From: a virus
Length of the DNA: 64,000 nucleotides
Direction: 5' to 3' (one strand)
IMG/VR virus record: IMGVR_UViG_3300042888_001941
Coordinates: 32,001 to 96,000 of that record
Shown here: piece after piece, positions 1 to 8,281 of the stretch
Numbering within the stretch: position 1 is the stretch's first letter
How the letters are laid out: each line of letters starts with the position of its first letter
Program-made: the position numbers and the translations under genes
Notes under the pieces: generated by a model
The model's database searches: none
Seen by the model: only the letters and a program-made list of their open reading frames with translations
What the model was told of the DNA's origin: nothing

Positions 1-862
1 TGTCACGGAATGCGAGTAGTTCACGCATCTGTGGGCACCAGCCAGTTTCACCTGATTGTTGACGACGTGACAAGTTCTGTGCAACTGTCACAATCTGCTG
101 AGGTGCGCCAAGCTTCTTGGCAAGCACCCAGTCTGTAGTCATCTCTGCTTGCACAATGAAGCGAGATAGAAGAGCTTCAGAGAGTCGAACTCCAGGAGCG
201 TTTGGATTGGTTGCTGCGATTACGTAGAACCCTTCCTTAGCTTTTACAGTTCCGCGCTCTGGGTTTGCAGTGACAGTGTACTCACCACGACCATCCATGA
301 GACCATACACACCTGCCATGACCTTAGGGTCAACAAGTCCTACCTCATCAACGAAGAATGGTTTTCCTTCTTCAGCTGCTTTTAATAGTGGACCATCGAC
401 CCAGTCGAAGCCACCTGTAGGTGTTTGTACGTAACCACCAATGAAGTCTGATAGTTCTGTGTCGCCTGTACCAAGAACTGTACGCACGTCATTGCCGAAC
501 GCAGCTTCTACGAGTGCAGTCTTACCGCAACCTGGAGCTCCGTACAGAAGAATGTACTGCTGGTTCTTGCGCGCTTCGCGAAGGACCATGACATCGTCAT
601 GCTCTCCCCACTTGCGTGCATGGTACTTGTCACCATTAGGGCGCTTGTATGTAGAGTCTTCCCCTACGAATGCATCTGCTGATATCACTGGAATAACCTT
701 TGTCTTGGGTGTTGGACGATTTCCAACTTTACCCTGTGGTTGAACTAGTGAGTCGAGAGATGCAGCGAGTTCATCGTTCATCTGCTGTGCTACAACAGTG
801 TAAACACTGTCGCTTAGGTTTGGGTAGATCTTGTTTAGAGATTCCATTACTGCTGTTGTCAT
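1..862 (-). CDS. MoxR/CbbQ/NorQ-type AAA+ ATPase (partial, runs off window start; not in ORF track)
   Basis: Manual translation from ATG 862: Walker A LLYGAPGCGKT, 'DFIGGY..FDWVDGPLLKA', Walker B FFVDEV, sensor VIAATNP, 'LSEALLSRF'; SD-like ACGACAAAGGA upstream. Confidence 0.9.
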   Translation of the reverse strand, partial: MTTAVMESLNKIYPNLSDSVYTVVAQQMNDELAASLDSLVQPQGKVGNRPTPKTKVIPVISADAFVGEDSTYKRPNGDKYHARKWGEHDDVMVLREARKNQQYILLYGAPGCGKTALVEAAFGNDVRTVLGTGDTELSDFIGGYVQTPTGGFDWVDGPLLKAAEEGKPFFVDEVGLVDPKVMAGVYGLMDGRGEYTVTANPERGTVKAKEGFYVIAATNPNAPGVRLSEALLSRFIVQAEMTTDWVLAKKLGAPQQIVTVAQNLSRRQQSGETGWCPQMRELLAFRD

Positions 863-892
863 TTGTTTGTCCTTTGTCGTTGGGTGGGTGGG

Positions 893-1351
893 TTAGGACA
901 CGAAGAGTGATTCGCCGAACCCAAGGGAACGACGTACTCGTGTGATGCGTCCTAGTACTTTGTAAGGAGTCTTTCCGGCACGAATGCCATCAAGGTCATC
1001 AACTGATACTTCTACATAGATTGGCTGCTTATACATTAGGTATCCATAAGCTGCAAGTTGGTTGAACGTTGAAGCAACGAACTCAAAGCGAGTCCTTGCT
1101 GTGTCAATAGCTTCCTCGGTAGTGCGCTTCTGAAACACACCGAACTCATTTACGCTGATGGTAGGGAGTCCTGCATGCTTCCAACCTTTGCGAGGCTGGG
1201 CTGAAGAGATCTGGCGGCGGAACATCATTGAAGGTACGTTCTTGCCACTGGATGAGATTCCATCCGGAGTGATGAGGACCTGGTACGTTTGAGTCTCCTT
1301 GCGGAGCTCCATGTACATGGCCTTTCCTACAACCTTGTCTTTATCTGACAT
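893..1351 (-). CDS. hypothetical protein
   Basis: 152-aa ORF with AACGACGAAAGGA leader and conserved promoter upstream. Confidence 0.8.
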   Translation of the reverse strand: MSDKDKVVGKAMYMELRKETQTYQVLITPDGISSSGKNVPSMMFRRQISSAQPRKGWKHAGLPTISVNEFGVFQKRTTEEAIDTARTRFEFVASTFNQLAAYGYLMYKQPIYVEVSVDDLDGIRAGKTPYKVLGRITRVRRSLGFGESLFVS

Positions 1352-1387
1352 GGGTTATCCTTTCGTCGTTTGGGTGAATATAGAACA

Positions 1388-1398
1388 ATTATATCAGG
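1388..1398 (-). promoter_or_regulatory. conserved extended -10 promoter CCTGATATAAT
   Basis: TG-n-TATAAT; same motif recurs upstream of neighbouring genes. Confidence 0.8.
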
Positions 1399-1402
1399 TT
1401 AA

Positions 1403-1624
1403 TTAGATGCTTCCGAACAGTTCCTGTGCTTCACGGGAGATCTGCTGGAGAGCGTTTTCATCAGATGGGTACTTTACAAGATTCCCTGATGCTGTAGCGG
1501 TAAGGTGCGTGTTGATCTTGAGAAGTCCTTGAGCGTCGAACTCAAGAGTAGCTCCTGCAAGGTTGTTGTCAACGTAGCGCTTGAGTGCTTCAAGCGTCTT
1601 TAAGTCTTCTATATTAAGTTGCAT
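1403..1624 (-). CDS. hypothetical protein (start moved to ATG 1624, MQLNIEDL)
   Basis: AACGACGAAAGGA leader directly upstream of ATG 1624. Confidence 0.75.
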   Translation of the reverse strand: MQLNIEDLKTLEALKRYVDNNLAGATLEFDAQGLLKINTHLTATASGNLVKYPSDENALQQISREAQELFGSI

Positions 1625-1649
1625 GGGTGTTCCTTTCGTCGTTGGTTCA

Positions 1650-1660
1650 ATTATATCAGG
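1650..1660 (-). promoter_or_regulatory. conserved extended -10 promoter CCTGATATAAT
   Basis: Exact motif copy. Confidence 0.8.
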
Positions 1661-1662
1661 TT

Positions 1663-1953
1663 CTAGCAGTGGCAAGCGCCACTGCTAGAAGGGGTCACGA
1701 AGCAGACTCCGCAGACCTGAGCCTTTGGGGCTGGGGTAGAGTTGCGAGGTGTAGTGAGCCCAGAGGTTGTGAGCTTATTAGATACTGCGTAGTAACTGCG
1801 ACCTAGCTGCTTCGCAATATCCTTAATGGATACCTTGGCAGCGCGGAGAGTTTCGATGGTGCGGATTTCCGCCAGCGTCCATTCCTCATTGAGGTTAACG
1901 GCTGTGGCGAGTGAGAAGCTTTGGGCTTCGCGGTTCCAGAGTTGGTTTTGCAT
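1663..1953 (-). CDS. HTH DNA-binding protein with C-terminal Cys motif (start ATG 1953)
   Basis: 'WTLAEI..L..KVSIKDIAKQLGRSYYAVSNKL' HTH pattern; CGVC..CHC tail; leader AACGACGGAAGG. Confidence 0.7.
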   Translation of the reverse strand: MQNQLWNREAQSFSLATAVNLNEEWTLAEIRTIETLRAAKVSIKDIAKQLGRSYYAVSNKLTTSGLTTPRNSTPAPKAQVCGVCFVTPSSSGACHC

Positions 1954-1984
1954 ATTCTTTCCTTCCGTCGTTGTGTATGGATCA

Positions 1985-1995
1985 ATTATATCAGG
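1985..1995 (-). promoter_or_regulatory. conserved extended -10 promoter CCTGATATAAT
   Basis: Exact motif copy. Confidence 0.8.
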
Positions 1996-2076
1996 GAAGA
2001 TCAGGAATATGGGGTAAATAGGGTAAATAGACAAAAAAAGTTTTTAGGAGGGTTTTGGCGTATATTCCTGAAACCA

Positions 2077-2087
2077 CCTGATATAAT
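2077..2087 (+). promoter_or_regulatory. conserved extended -10 promoter CCTGATATAAT (divergent copy)
   Basis: Exact motif on + strand upstream of the 2145 ORF. Confidence 0.8.
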
Positions 2088-2144
2088 AGATACCATCAGA
2101 CCAACCGGCCTGGTAACGACGTAAAGACAAAGGGAAGGGACCAT

Positions 2145-2477
2145 ATGTCCAGCACCGCAGTTCGCACCGAGGTTACAGAGATTACTGTAACCAGCACCGT
2201 AGCTCACTTGGACGAGACAGTAGATGCTCTCATCAAGGAGTTCGCAAAAGCTAAGAAGGATATGAAAGTCCTCGAGGCTAAAAAGAAAGCTGCCGAAGAT
2301 AAGATTCGTCAGCTTATGGGTGACGCCAAGATTGGATTTATCAACGGCGTACAGCGTGTGGAAATTAAAGACCGCACCACAACCAAGATCGACCGTGAGC
2401 TATTGCAGGAAGCATATCCTGACGCTTACACCGCAACACTTAAGTCTACAGATTACACAATCGTAGACGCTAAGTAA
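2145..2477 (+). CDS. hypothetical protein resembling the coiled-coil C-terminal part of YqaJ-type recombinases
   Basis: 'LEAKKKAAEDKIRQLMGDA...KIDRELLQEAYPDAY'; own promoter, SD and terminator. Confidence 0.55.
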   Translation: MSSTAVRTEVTEITVTSTVAHLDETVDALIKEFAKAKKDMKVLEAKKKAAEDKIRQLMGDAKIGFINGVQRVEIKDRTTTKIDRELLQEAYPDAYTATLKSTDYTIVDAK

Positions 2478-2485
2478 CCTTAAAT

Positions 2486-2521
2486 AAAAAGCTCCCTGGC
2501 TAAACGCCAGGGAGTTTTTTT
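2486..2521. terminator. bidirectional intrinsic terminator
   Basis: AAAAA-GCTCCCTGGC-taaac-GCCAGGGAGT-TTTTTT between convergent genes. Confidence 0.9.
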
Positions 2522-2531
2522 ATGTTTGTGT

Positions 2532-2750
2532 TTAGTAGTCGACTACAGGAGAAGCGCAGTCGCTGCAGACGAACCAGTAGTTCTCATCTTCATCTACAAC
2601 AATCACACAGGAGAAGAACTTGCCAATCGCAAAGCCAACTATGTCACCGCAACTTCGACAGGCGTCACCATCATGAGAAAACTCCGCGGGCGCATCGTTG
2701 TTCTGCGCCTCGACGGAGTCCTCTACTACATATAGTTCAAAGCTTGCCAT
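2532..2750 (-). CDS. small acidic Zn-finger-like protein
   Basis: CRSC...CSDC pairs; ends at the terminator. Confidence 0.6.
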   Translation of the reverse strand: MASFELYVVEDSVEAQNNDAPAEFSHDGDACRSCGDIVGFAIGKFFSCVIVVDEDENYWFVCSDCASPVVDY

Positions 2751-2772
2751 AGCGGCAAACTTAAACTACTTT

Positions 2773-3429
2773 CTAAAGAGCTGACTTAAGGAATTCCTTG
2801 AGACGAGCAAGTTCTGTTTGAACCTTCTCTAGCTCTGCGGACATTTCCTTGGTACGTTCAGCTACGATCTTCTCGATGAGCATGTCGATTACGGGGTTCG
2901 ACATAGTTCCCGCAGGGATATTCACTGGGGTGATGTCCTCAAGAATAACTTGTTCGTCCTTAGCTCGAGCTGCTTTCTTCTTGGACCAAGGGACTCCCCA
3001 GCTATCGCTTAGGAAGATGCCTGGTACAGCTTCTGCTTCGGTTCTTGCCTGAACTGGATTCTGAGTGGAATAGAGCGCTGCTCGCATATTCCTAATCTTC
3101 TGTCCACTTGCTCTGAGAGAACGTTCATCTGACGTCTCATCACGAGTGAACAGCTTATTCTTTTCAACAAGTTCATTCAGTGCAATGCGTACGTGACTGT
3201 CATGATAGCGACGACCTAGCCCTTGAGCTGTCATCTCTGTAATCTCAGTAACGCTTAGTGGTTGTGTTTGGTTTTGCATTAGTTCTAACATCTGCGATGC
3301 GAACTTTGTGAGAGCAGCTGCCTGGGGTTCTTGCATAACTGTCTCTTCCTTTGGTGCCAGCGATTGATAAAAAGGATCTGTAGGTTTCACTCTGGTAGTG
3401 AACCTAGCTACCTGTTGGATCTTCGGCAT
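2773..3429 (-). CDS. putative winged-helix DNA-binding protein with C-terminal coiled coil
   Basis: 'QPLSVTEITE...HDSHVRIALNELVEKNKL'; conserved promoter and leader upstream. Confidence 0.55.
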   Translation of the reverse strand: MPKIQQVARFTTRVKPTDPFYQSLAPKEETVMQEPQAAALTKFASQMLELMQNQTQPLSVTEITEMTAQGLGRRYHDSHVRIALNELVEKNKLFTRDETSDERSLRASGQKIRNMRAALYSTQNPVQARTEAEAVPGIFLSDSWGVPWSKKKAARAKDEQVILEDITPVNIPAGTMSNPVIDMLIEKIVAERTKEMSAELEKVQTELARLKEFLKSAL

Positions 3430-3454
3430 AGTTTCCTTTCGTCATTGAAGTTGA

Positions 3455-3465
3455 ATTATAACAGG
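3455..3465 (-). promoter_or_regulatory. extended -10 promoter variant CCTGTTATAAT
   Basis: One mismatch to the conserved motif; followed by ATGACGAAAGG leader. Confidence 0.75.
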
Positions 3466-3556
3466 TCGACTATGAAAAGCTCGGCAAGCTAGGGGCATCC
3501 CAGTTCTTAGTGGAGATCTCACCAAGAAGCTGAGATCAGATCAAGTCGATCGGAAG

Positions 3557-3576
3557 ACTTCTTAGTACTAAGAAGT
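3557..3576. repeat. perfect 20-bp palindrome ACTTCTTAGTACTAAGAAGT
   Basis: Self-complementary with no loop; same arm recurs at 32896-32933. Confidence 0.85.
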
Positions 3577-4347
3577 TAAAGAAGCATCAAGCTGGAAAAT
3601 CCCGGTGCGTTCTCCGAGAACTCTCAATGTTCGTTCTTCCGGAACGCCAGTCGCGTCTGACCCGACGTACCCGAGAGTACGTTGCCAGTGTGCGTACGCC
3701 CGTTGCGTCTCAGCATCGAACATGTCTGGCGTTACGGTGTCAAGTCCGACCGTCTGTGAAAGCGCAAGCTGGACAAGCCCGATGGCTTTATTCCGGCGAC
3801 CAGGCCGACATGCCTGTGCTGAAATCGCATGCCCGCTGCCCGTTGCAGCTTTTATAAGTCTCCCAGGCCGCAATTTGAAAGACGCAGGCCGTGCAAACCC
3901 AAGTACCTCATGCCGTGACCTTACTCGCGAGTACACACCCGCCAGGGCTTGGTCTGCCTTAGGCAGGCCTGAACCCGTGTCCGCCTCGATTGTCTGGACG
4001 AGCCCGTCGGCTTGCCACCTATCCGTCTTCACTACCAGGCCGCAATGCGGCATGCCGTAACTTGTGCCCGTTGCCTGAAATGAAAAGAAAGCTATATCGC
4101 CAGGCCGCGGTTTGTTAAATAGTCGATTTTGTCTAACGAACTCCGCTAACGCGGTCGGCGTGTAAGCGCAGCTAGGAATCTCCAGGCCCGCCTGATGAAA
4201 TACATAGTCGATGAACATGCCCGCCCAAGGTTGGCCGTTGTATCCGGCCGCCTCGCCAAAAGGGTTATGGTTGTTGCTGCGTGTTGTTGTGCCAAGCCAC
4301 CGCTCTGCCTCGGCGATGACAAGCCGTGCCTGTGTGTCGTTTGTCAT
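3568..4347 (-). CDS. CHAP/NlpC-like domain plus peptidoglycan-binding domain; catalytic Cys absent
   Basis: 'QPWAGMFID..PRPGDIAFF..PHCGLV..TIEAD' aligns to the 39695 endolysin; C-terminal 'LVQLAL..DMFDAETQRAYAHWQ' PG-binding pattern. Confidence 0.75.
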   Translation of the reverse strand: MTNDTQARLVIAEAERWLGTTTRSNNHNPFGEAAGYNGQPWAGMFIDYVFHQAGLEIPSCAYTPTALAEFVRQNRLFNKPRPGDIAFFSFQATGTSYGMPHCGLVVKTDRWQADGLVQTIEADTGSGLPKADQALAGVYSRVRSRHEVLGFARPASFKLRPGRLIKAATGSGHAISAQACRPGRRNKAIGLVQLALSQTVGLDTVTPDMFDAETQRAYAHWQRTLGYVGSDATGVPEERTLRVLGERTGIFQLDASLTS

Positions 4348-4356
4348 TCACATCAC

Positions 4357-4548
4357 CTAATCTTGTTTGCTAAGCTCCTCAACAAGGAGTTGCTGAATCA
4401 TATCACCTAAGTTCTCTGCTTCGTTCGCCCGTGCCGTTAGCCGGATGTGCTCCTCACGAGTTGCCGCCTGCTCAACATCGTTTAGGAGCGAGGCCGCATG
4501 CTCCCTCATTTGGTAGGCGATTTCTTCAAGTGCTGTTATGTTACTCAT
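4357..4548 (-). CDS. hypothetical helical protein (start ATG 4548)
   Basis: Start overlaps the stop region of the upstream gene. Confidence 0.6.
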   Translation of the reverse strand: MSNITALEEIAYQMREHAASLLNDVEQAATREEHIRLTARANEAENLGDMIQQLLVEELSKQD

Positions 4549-5440
4549 CGGTAGGGCTCTCCTCGACAACCGTCGCATCTTCTACTGCCTGGGCGTCATT
4601 AACTCCGTCATTCGAAAGCTCAACCGCGATGTTATAGGCTCCGCTTGATAGGCGGGCAAGCCGCTCTGCAATAATTGAAGAGGCAGGCCGTGCGTCTGTA
4701 ACATTAACGTTCGCGTCAAACTCTACACCGCCTCGTATGCCAGCGCGGTCTAGAATCTCCGTAGATGCTTTTAATCTTACTGGCTCTGACGCCGCATTGG
4801 TCATCAAGTCTTCTAAGATGTCTACCGCATATGGAGCTGCTTGTGTTATCCGCTTGCGAGCTCTCTCGATATCCTCGCCTGGCTTCTTAGAAAGATGGCG
4901 AAGGTGAACACGGCACAAGCCGTCATCCTTCGGCCGTCCGGAAGACCAGAGCATACAGCGAATGCCGTCGTCCTTGATGGTAGAACATCTGTGTGGGAGT
5001 GCGGTCGGCTTACGCTTGGAGCTGGCGATTGGCTCGTCCTGCTCCTTGCCCCACATCTTAGTAGCTCCGATTACCCAAGGTGGAACTAGCTTATCCGTCA
5101 TCGCCTCAACAAGAAGATCATACCCGGTGAGGTAATCTGAGTTCACATTGTCTGGGTCAACAAGGATTGGCTTCTTCTCCGCTAGGGATAAGAGTCTACG
5201 CTCCGTTGCCATGTCTTGAGATCTCGCCATGATGAGACCCGTAGGAACTCCATTGGTAGAGTAAACTGTGTCCCAGCCCATGTGCGCCTTACGAAGCAGT
5301 GAGCGGTTCTCATAGGTATCCTCACAGACACCGCGCTCCATCTCGATGATACCGCACAGTGAAAGATCTGGCCTCAGGTTGACAGGTTCGTCAATCTGAA
5401 TCTCTGGCTTCTCATCTTCGGGAGGAGTAATCTCTAGCAT
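4541..5440 (-). CDS. putative terminase small subunit-like protein (leaderless start ATG 5440)
   Basis: Cys/His motif RC..G.RC..GLCRVH followed by 'AASEPVRLKASTEILDRAG', a pattern seen in actinophage TerS; TACTAT -10 just before ATG. Confidence 0.55.
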   Translation of the reverse strand: MLEITPPEDEKPEIQIDEPVNLRPDLSLCGIIEMERGVCEDTYENRSLLRKAHMGWDTVYSTNGVPTGLIMARSQDMATERRLLSLAEKKPILVDPDNVNSDYLTGYDLLVEAMTDKLVPPWVIGATKMWGKEQDEPIASSKRKPTALPHRCSTIKDDGIRCMLWSSGRPKDDGLCRVHLRHLSKKPGEDIERARKRITQAAPYAVDILEDLMTNAASEPVRLKASTEILDRAGIRGGVEFDANVNVTDARPASSIIAERLARLSSGAYNIAVELSNDGVNDAQAVEDATVVEESPTDE

Positions 5441-5463
5441 GTTGTAATAGTACACTTGTACAT

Positions 5464-5515
5464 AAAAAGAGACAGACCCCGTCACATCGGGGAGAGGTCT
5501 AGTGACGGGGCCTGC
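5464..5515 (-). terminator. intrinsic terminator-like hairpin
   Basis: CCCCGTCAC...GTGACGGGG stem, T-tract on the - strand downstream of the holin. Confidence 0.6.
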
Positions 5516-5598
5516 CTGAACTGCACAAGGAAACGAAAACGAGACCACAGGCTCGCAATCGCGTCGCTTGAAGTCTCGCTGTCGTTAAAGCTTGGGTG

Positions 5599-5859
5599 TT
5601 ACTTCTTCTTTGGTTCAGCCTTCTTCTTGACTGTTTTCTTCTCTACTTCAGCTGCCGCTGCTGTCAGAACCTTCTGGGCGACGACGCCGAAGGCTGGATC
5701 TTTCTTGTTGACAAAGCGGATAACTACAGGGATTACCGCGGCAATGCCTGCATTGAGAAGTACCGCAGGATCTGATTCACCTGCGAGGTAAAGAGCTGTT
5801 GCTGCTGCAATGAATGAGCGGACATATGAAGCCGCCATTGCCTTGAGTTGTTTGTTCAT
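5599..5859 (-). CDS. holin-like membrane protein
   Basis: Two hydrophobic segments ('AASYVRSFIAAATALYLAG') and a Lys-rich tail. Confidence 0.65.
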   Translation of the reverse strand: MNKQLKAMAASYVRSFIAAATALYLAGESDPAVLLNAGIAAVIPVVIRFVNKKDPAFGVVAQKVLTAAAAEVEKKTVKKKAEPKKK

Positions 5860-5989
5860 GAACTTTCCTCCCGTTAACAAGTCTTGCTAACGGGGAAATC
5901 TTAATACAAGTCTCGAAGGTTTATTGGGTGAGAGAGGAGAAAACGCCCCTAGATTGCCCTCTTCAGAAACAGATTATCGAACTGCTTCT

Positions 5990-6202
5990 TTAAGGGTCCG
6001 TCTTGGTCTTCCTAGCAACCACAACATCTTTAGCTTCCCAGGTCGAATTACATGAGCAACCACAGATCCAAAGCTTGTCAAACCAGGCTACTTCATGTGG
6101 ACACTTGTCATGGAAGGTGTCATTACAGAATCCGCAAGACCTCTCGGACTTGACTACTGTTCTGACTCCGTACCACTCCAGGTGGTTGGTTTCTTTACTC
6201 AA
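5990..6202 (-). CDS. small Cys/His-rich protein
   Basis: CGFC..H.KC..CGCSC. Confidence 0.65.
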   Translation of the reverse strand: MSKETNHLEWYGVRTVVKSERSCGFCNDTFHDKCPHEVAWFDKLWICGCSCNSTWEAKDVVVARKTKTDP

Positions 6203-6854
6203 TAACGTAGACCGTCTGCTTGTGGTGGCGGAGCTTGACTGTGGGATCTATCCAAATCTGGAATCCTGACCGTTGGGCGTTTCCGCACCATGAGTAATCT
6301 TCCCCAACGTTTACTCTCATCTCTGAGTCTTCCCTCCACTTGATCTTCCCGATAAGGAACCATGGTCTTGGGATACTTTCAAAGACTCCAGTCTTCACCG
6401 CAACGAATCCAAATCCGACACCGCCTACCTGAACAGGAGAATCATGGAGGAGGAACTCAACCTTGTTCATGCGAGTTGGGACACCTCTGTCATCTGGGAG
6501 CTGGGCAGCAACCGAACCGATTGGGTCAAGAGCATACAGCCCAGAGATGATGTGGCGGTCTGACTCGTAGAGCTTCATGAAGTCTTCAACCGTCCACTCG
6601 ATGTCTGAGTCAATCCAGAAAAGCTTCTTGTAAGTGAACTCACCGCGACCTGGAGCTGTCGCATCGAAGTCGTGCATGGTCGTGTCAAGAGCGGTTAGTT
6701 CTCGTGCGGTAGCTACAAATGAGGAATATCGGGAGATGAAGTGATATGAAATTCCACGAGCATTGAGCTCCTTGGTGGTCTCAACCAGACTCTTCACATA
6801 CTCCGGGACAAAGGAAGATCCTGGCGTCATGATGACAACGTCGTAGTGTTTCAT
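6195..6854 (-). CDS. glycosyltransferase, GT-A fold
   Basis: DxD motif 'LFWIDSDIEW', 'GVGFGFVAVK', 'GEDYSWC', 'IWIDPTVKLRH'. Confidence 0.85.
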   Translation of the reverse strand: MKHYDVVIMTPGSSFVPEYVKSLVETTKELNARGISYHFISRYSSFVATARELTALDTTMHDFDATAPGRGEFTYKKLFWIDSDIEWTVEDFMKLYESDRHIISGLYALDPIGSVAAQLPDDRGVPTRMNKVEFLLHDSPVQVGGVGFGFVAVKTGVFESIPRPWFLIGKIKWREDSEMRVNVGEDYSWCGNAQRSGFQIWIDPTVKLRHHKQTVYVIE

Positions 6855-6991
6855 TAGAACTCCACATCAAACCAGAAGAAGATCAGATCCATAGAGAGCT
6901 GATACCTGCTTACGTTAATCGCAAGGTTAAAGCTTGGGAACTTGTGGAGTCCAACACGAACCCACTTACCCTTTACAACATATTCCCTCAT
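6854..6991 (-). CDS. small hypothetical protein, 45 aa (not in ORF track)
   Basis: MREYVVKGK...FFWFDVEF; start and stop overlap both neighbours. Confidence 0.6.
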   Translation of the reverse strand: MREYVVKGKWVRVGLHKFPSFNLAINVSRYQLSMDLIFFWFDVEF

Positions 6992-7455
6992 CACATTGAC
7001 ACTCGGCAATCGTGACAGATAAGCGCATCGAAGCCAGTTGCTTCATCAGCCAATCTTCCTGACTGAGTTACAGCCGCAGGTACAACATTGGAAGCTCCGC
7101 TACCACACTTATCACACTTAAGCTCAACTAGCCAGGTAACTTCTTTACCTGAGCTTACGGTAGATGCAATTCCACGAGTTAAAGCGTGCATGGCTCCAGC
7201 ACCTTCCGTACGTCTCATGAACGCACGAATGTCTTCAGACTCAATCACAGGCTTCACAGCTTTGCATGGGCACAACAACGCACTTGGCTTACATGTCAAG
7301 TGTCCTGCGTACTCTGAGTGACGAGCTACCGCGTGACCGCAAAGACACACCCGTCTATCTCGTCTACCCTTCTTGGTCTCACCAAGAATCTTCCGGTCTA
7401 CCTCAAGAACTTCCTCAATGGAAAGTCCCATACCTTCAAGTGGATTTATCCCCAT
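6991..7455 (-). CDS. Cys-rich putative Zn-binding protein
   Basis: CLCGH..H..C..CPC and CDKC..CHDC. Confidence 0.7.
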   Translation of the reverse strand: MGINPLEGMGLSIEEVLEVDRKILGETKKGRRDRRVCLCGHAVARHSEYAGHLTCKPSALLCPCKAVKPVIESEDIRAFMRRTEGAGAMHALTRGIASTVSSGKEVTWLVELKCDKCGSGASNVVPAAVTQSGRLADEATGFDALICHDCRVSM

Positions 7456-7619
7456 AGCATCATCACCGATACCCAGATGAAGACTTGGCTACACCAAAGA
7501 AAGTTAATCAAGTACCTGAACTTCTTATCTACCCAATACTGACTTTTAGTGACCCAGGTCAAGAAGACTACTCCAAATGTAGCAATGAAACAAGCAAAAA
7601 GTGTTGCACCATCAATCAT
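7446..7619 (-). CDS. small two-TM membrane protein, 57 aa (not in ORF track)
   Basis: MIDGATLFACFIATFGVVFLTWV...; AGGAGAG SD; overlaps start of next gene. Confidence 0.6.
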   Translation of the reverse strand: MIDGATLFACFIATFGVVFLTWVTKSQYWVDKKFRYLINFLWCSQVFIWVSVMMLWG

Positions 7620-7659
7620 GCGTCTCTCCTTTGTAAGTTGTTAAGCAGACCCTATCACA

Positions 7660-8010
7660 AGTTGTCTAAAAAAGTAACAAGAATTCTCAACTAAAATCAA
7701 CTTAATTTTTGGATACTACGATTCTCAACCATCTTTTCTAAAGCCCCTAGGAGAAACTCTATACACGTATAAGAAATATAGTTAAGAATTGTAGTATCGT
7801 GTACATACTATAAATACTAAAAATGGGTTTACTAGGTCAGTTTTATATCTCGCAACTATTTTTCTCACCTAGTAAGCCTCTCGTACAGTACTAGGTCCTT
7901 TTCTCTCTTCTCTTTCTTTTTCTTTCCTAGTAAGTCCTTTTTCACTTTCTCTCTTTTTCTCTTCGTCTTCTCATTTATTCAATAATCGCGGCGGAAAATT
8001 TGTATTAGAA
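7660..8010. other. AT-rich non-coding region between divergent arms with a polypyrimidine tract
   Basis: No credible ORF; C/T-dominated tract at about 7897-7976. Confidence 0.6.
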
Positions 8011-8017
8011 TCATCCT

Positions 8018-8251
8018 ATGTACCCAGACCAAGACGCTCATGAATACGCTCTTGCTCGTCTGTCCGCCTGTCAATTTACCGTCGCTGCCCTCCTGCAAGA
8101 TCTCAGAGATCCTTGCGATTCAGAGCGCAGAGCGGATCTTCTCATTGCAAGTGAATACCTATTAAACGACATCCTGCAGCTCAACAATGCCCTAAGGGAA
8201 ATGACCTGGGCGTCACTAGATAAGAAAGCTCACCCGTCCTCTACAGAATAA
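8018..8251 (+). CDS. hypothetical protein (leaderless)
   Basis: TAGAAT -10 about 6 nt before ATG. Confidence 0.6.
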   Translation: MYPDQDAHEYALARLSACQFTVAALLQDLRDPCDSERRADLLIASEYLLNDILQLNNALREMTWASLDKKAHPSSTE

Positions 8252-8281
8252 AAACGTAAAACCTACCACCGGAAGGTAACC

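Noticed and set aside
441-945. + strand ORFs 441-743 and 700-945
   Set aside because: Antisense to the AAA+ ATPase on the - strand
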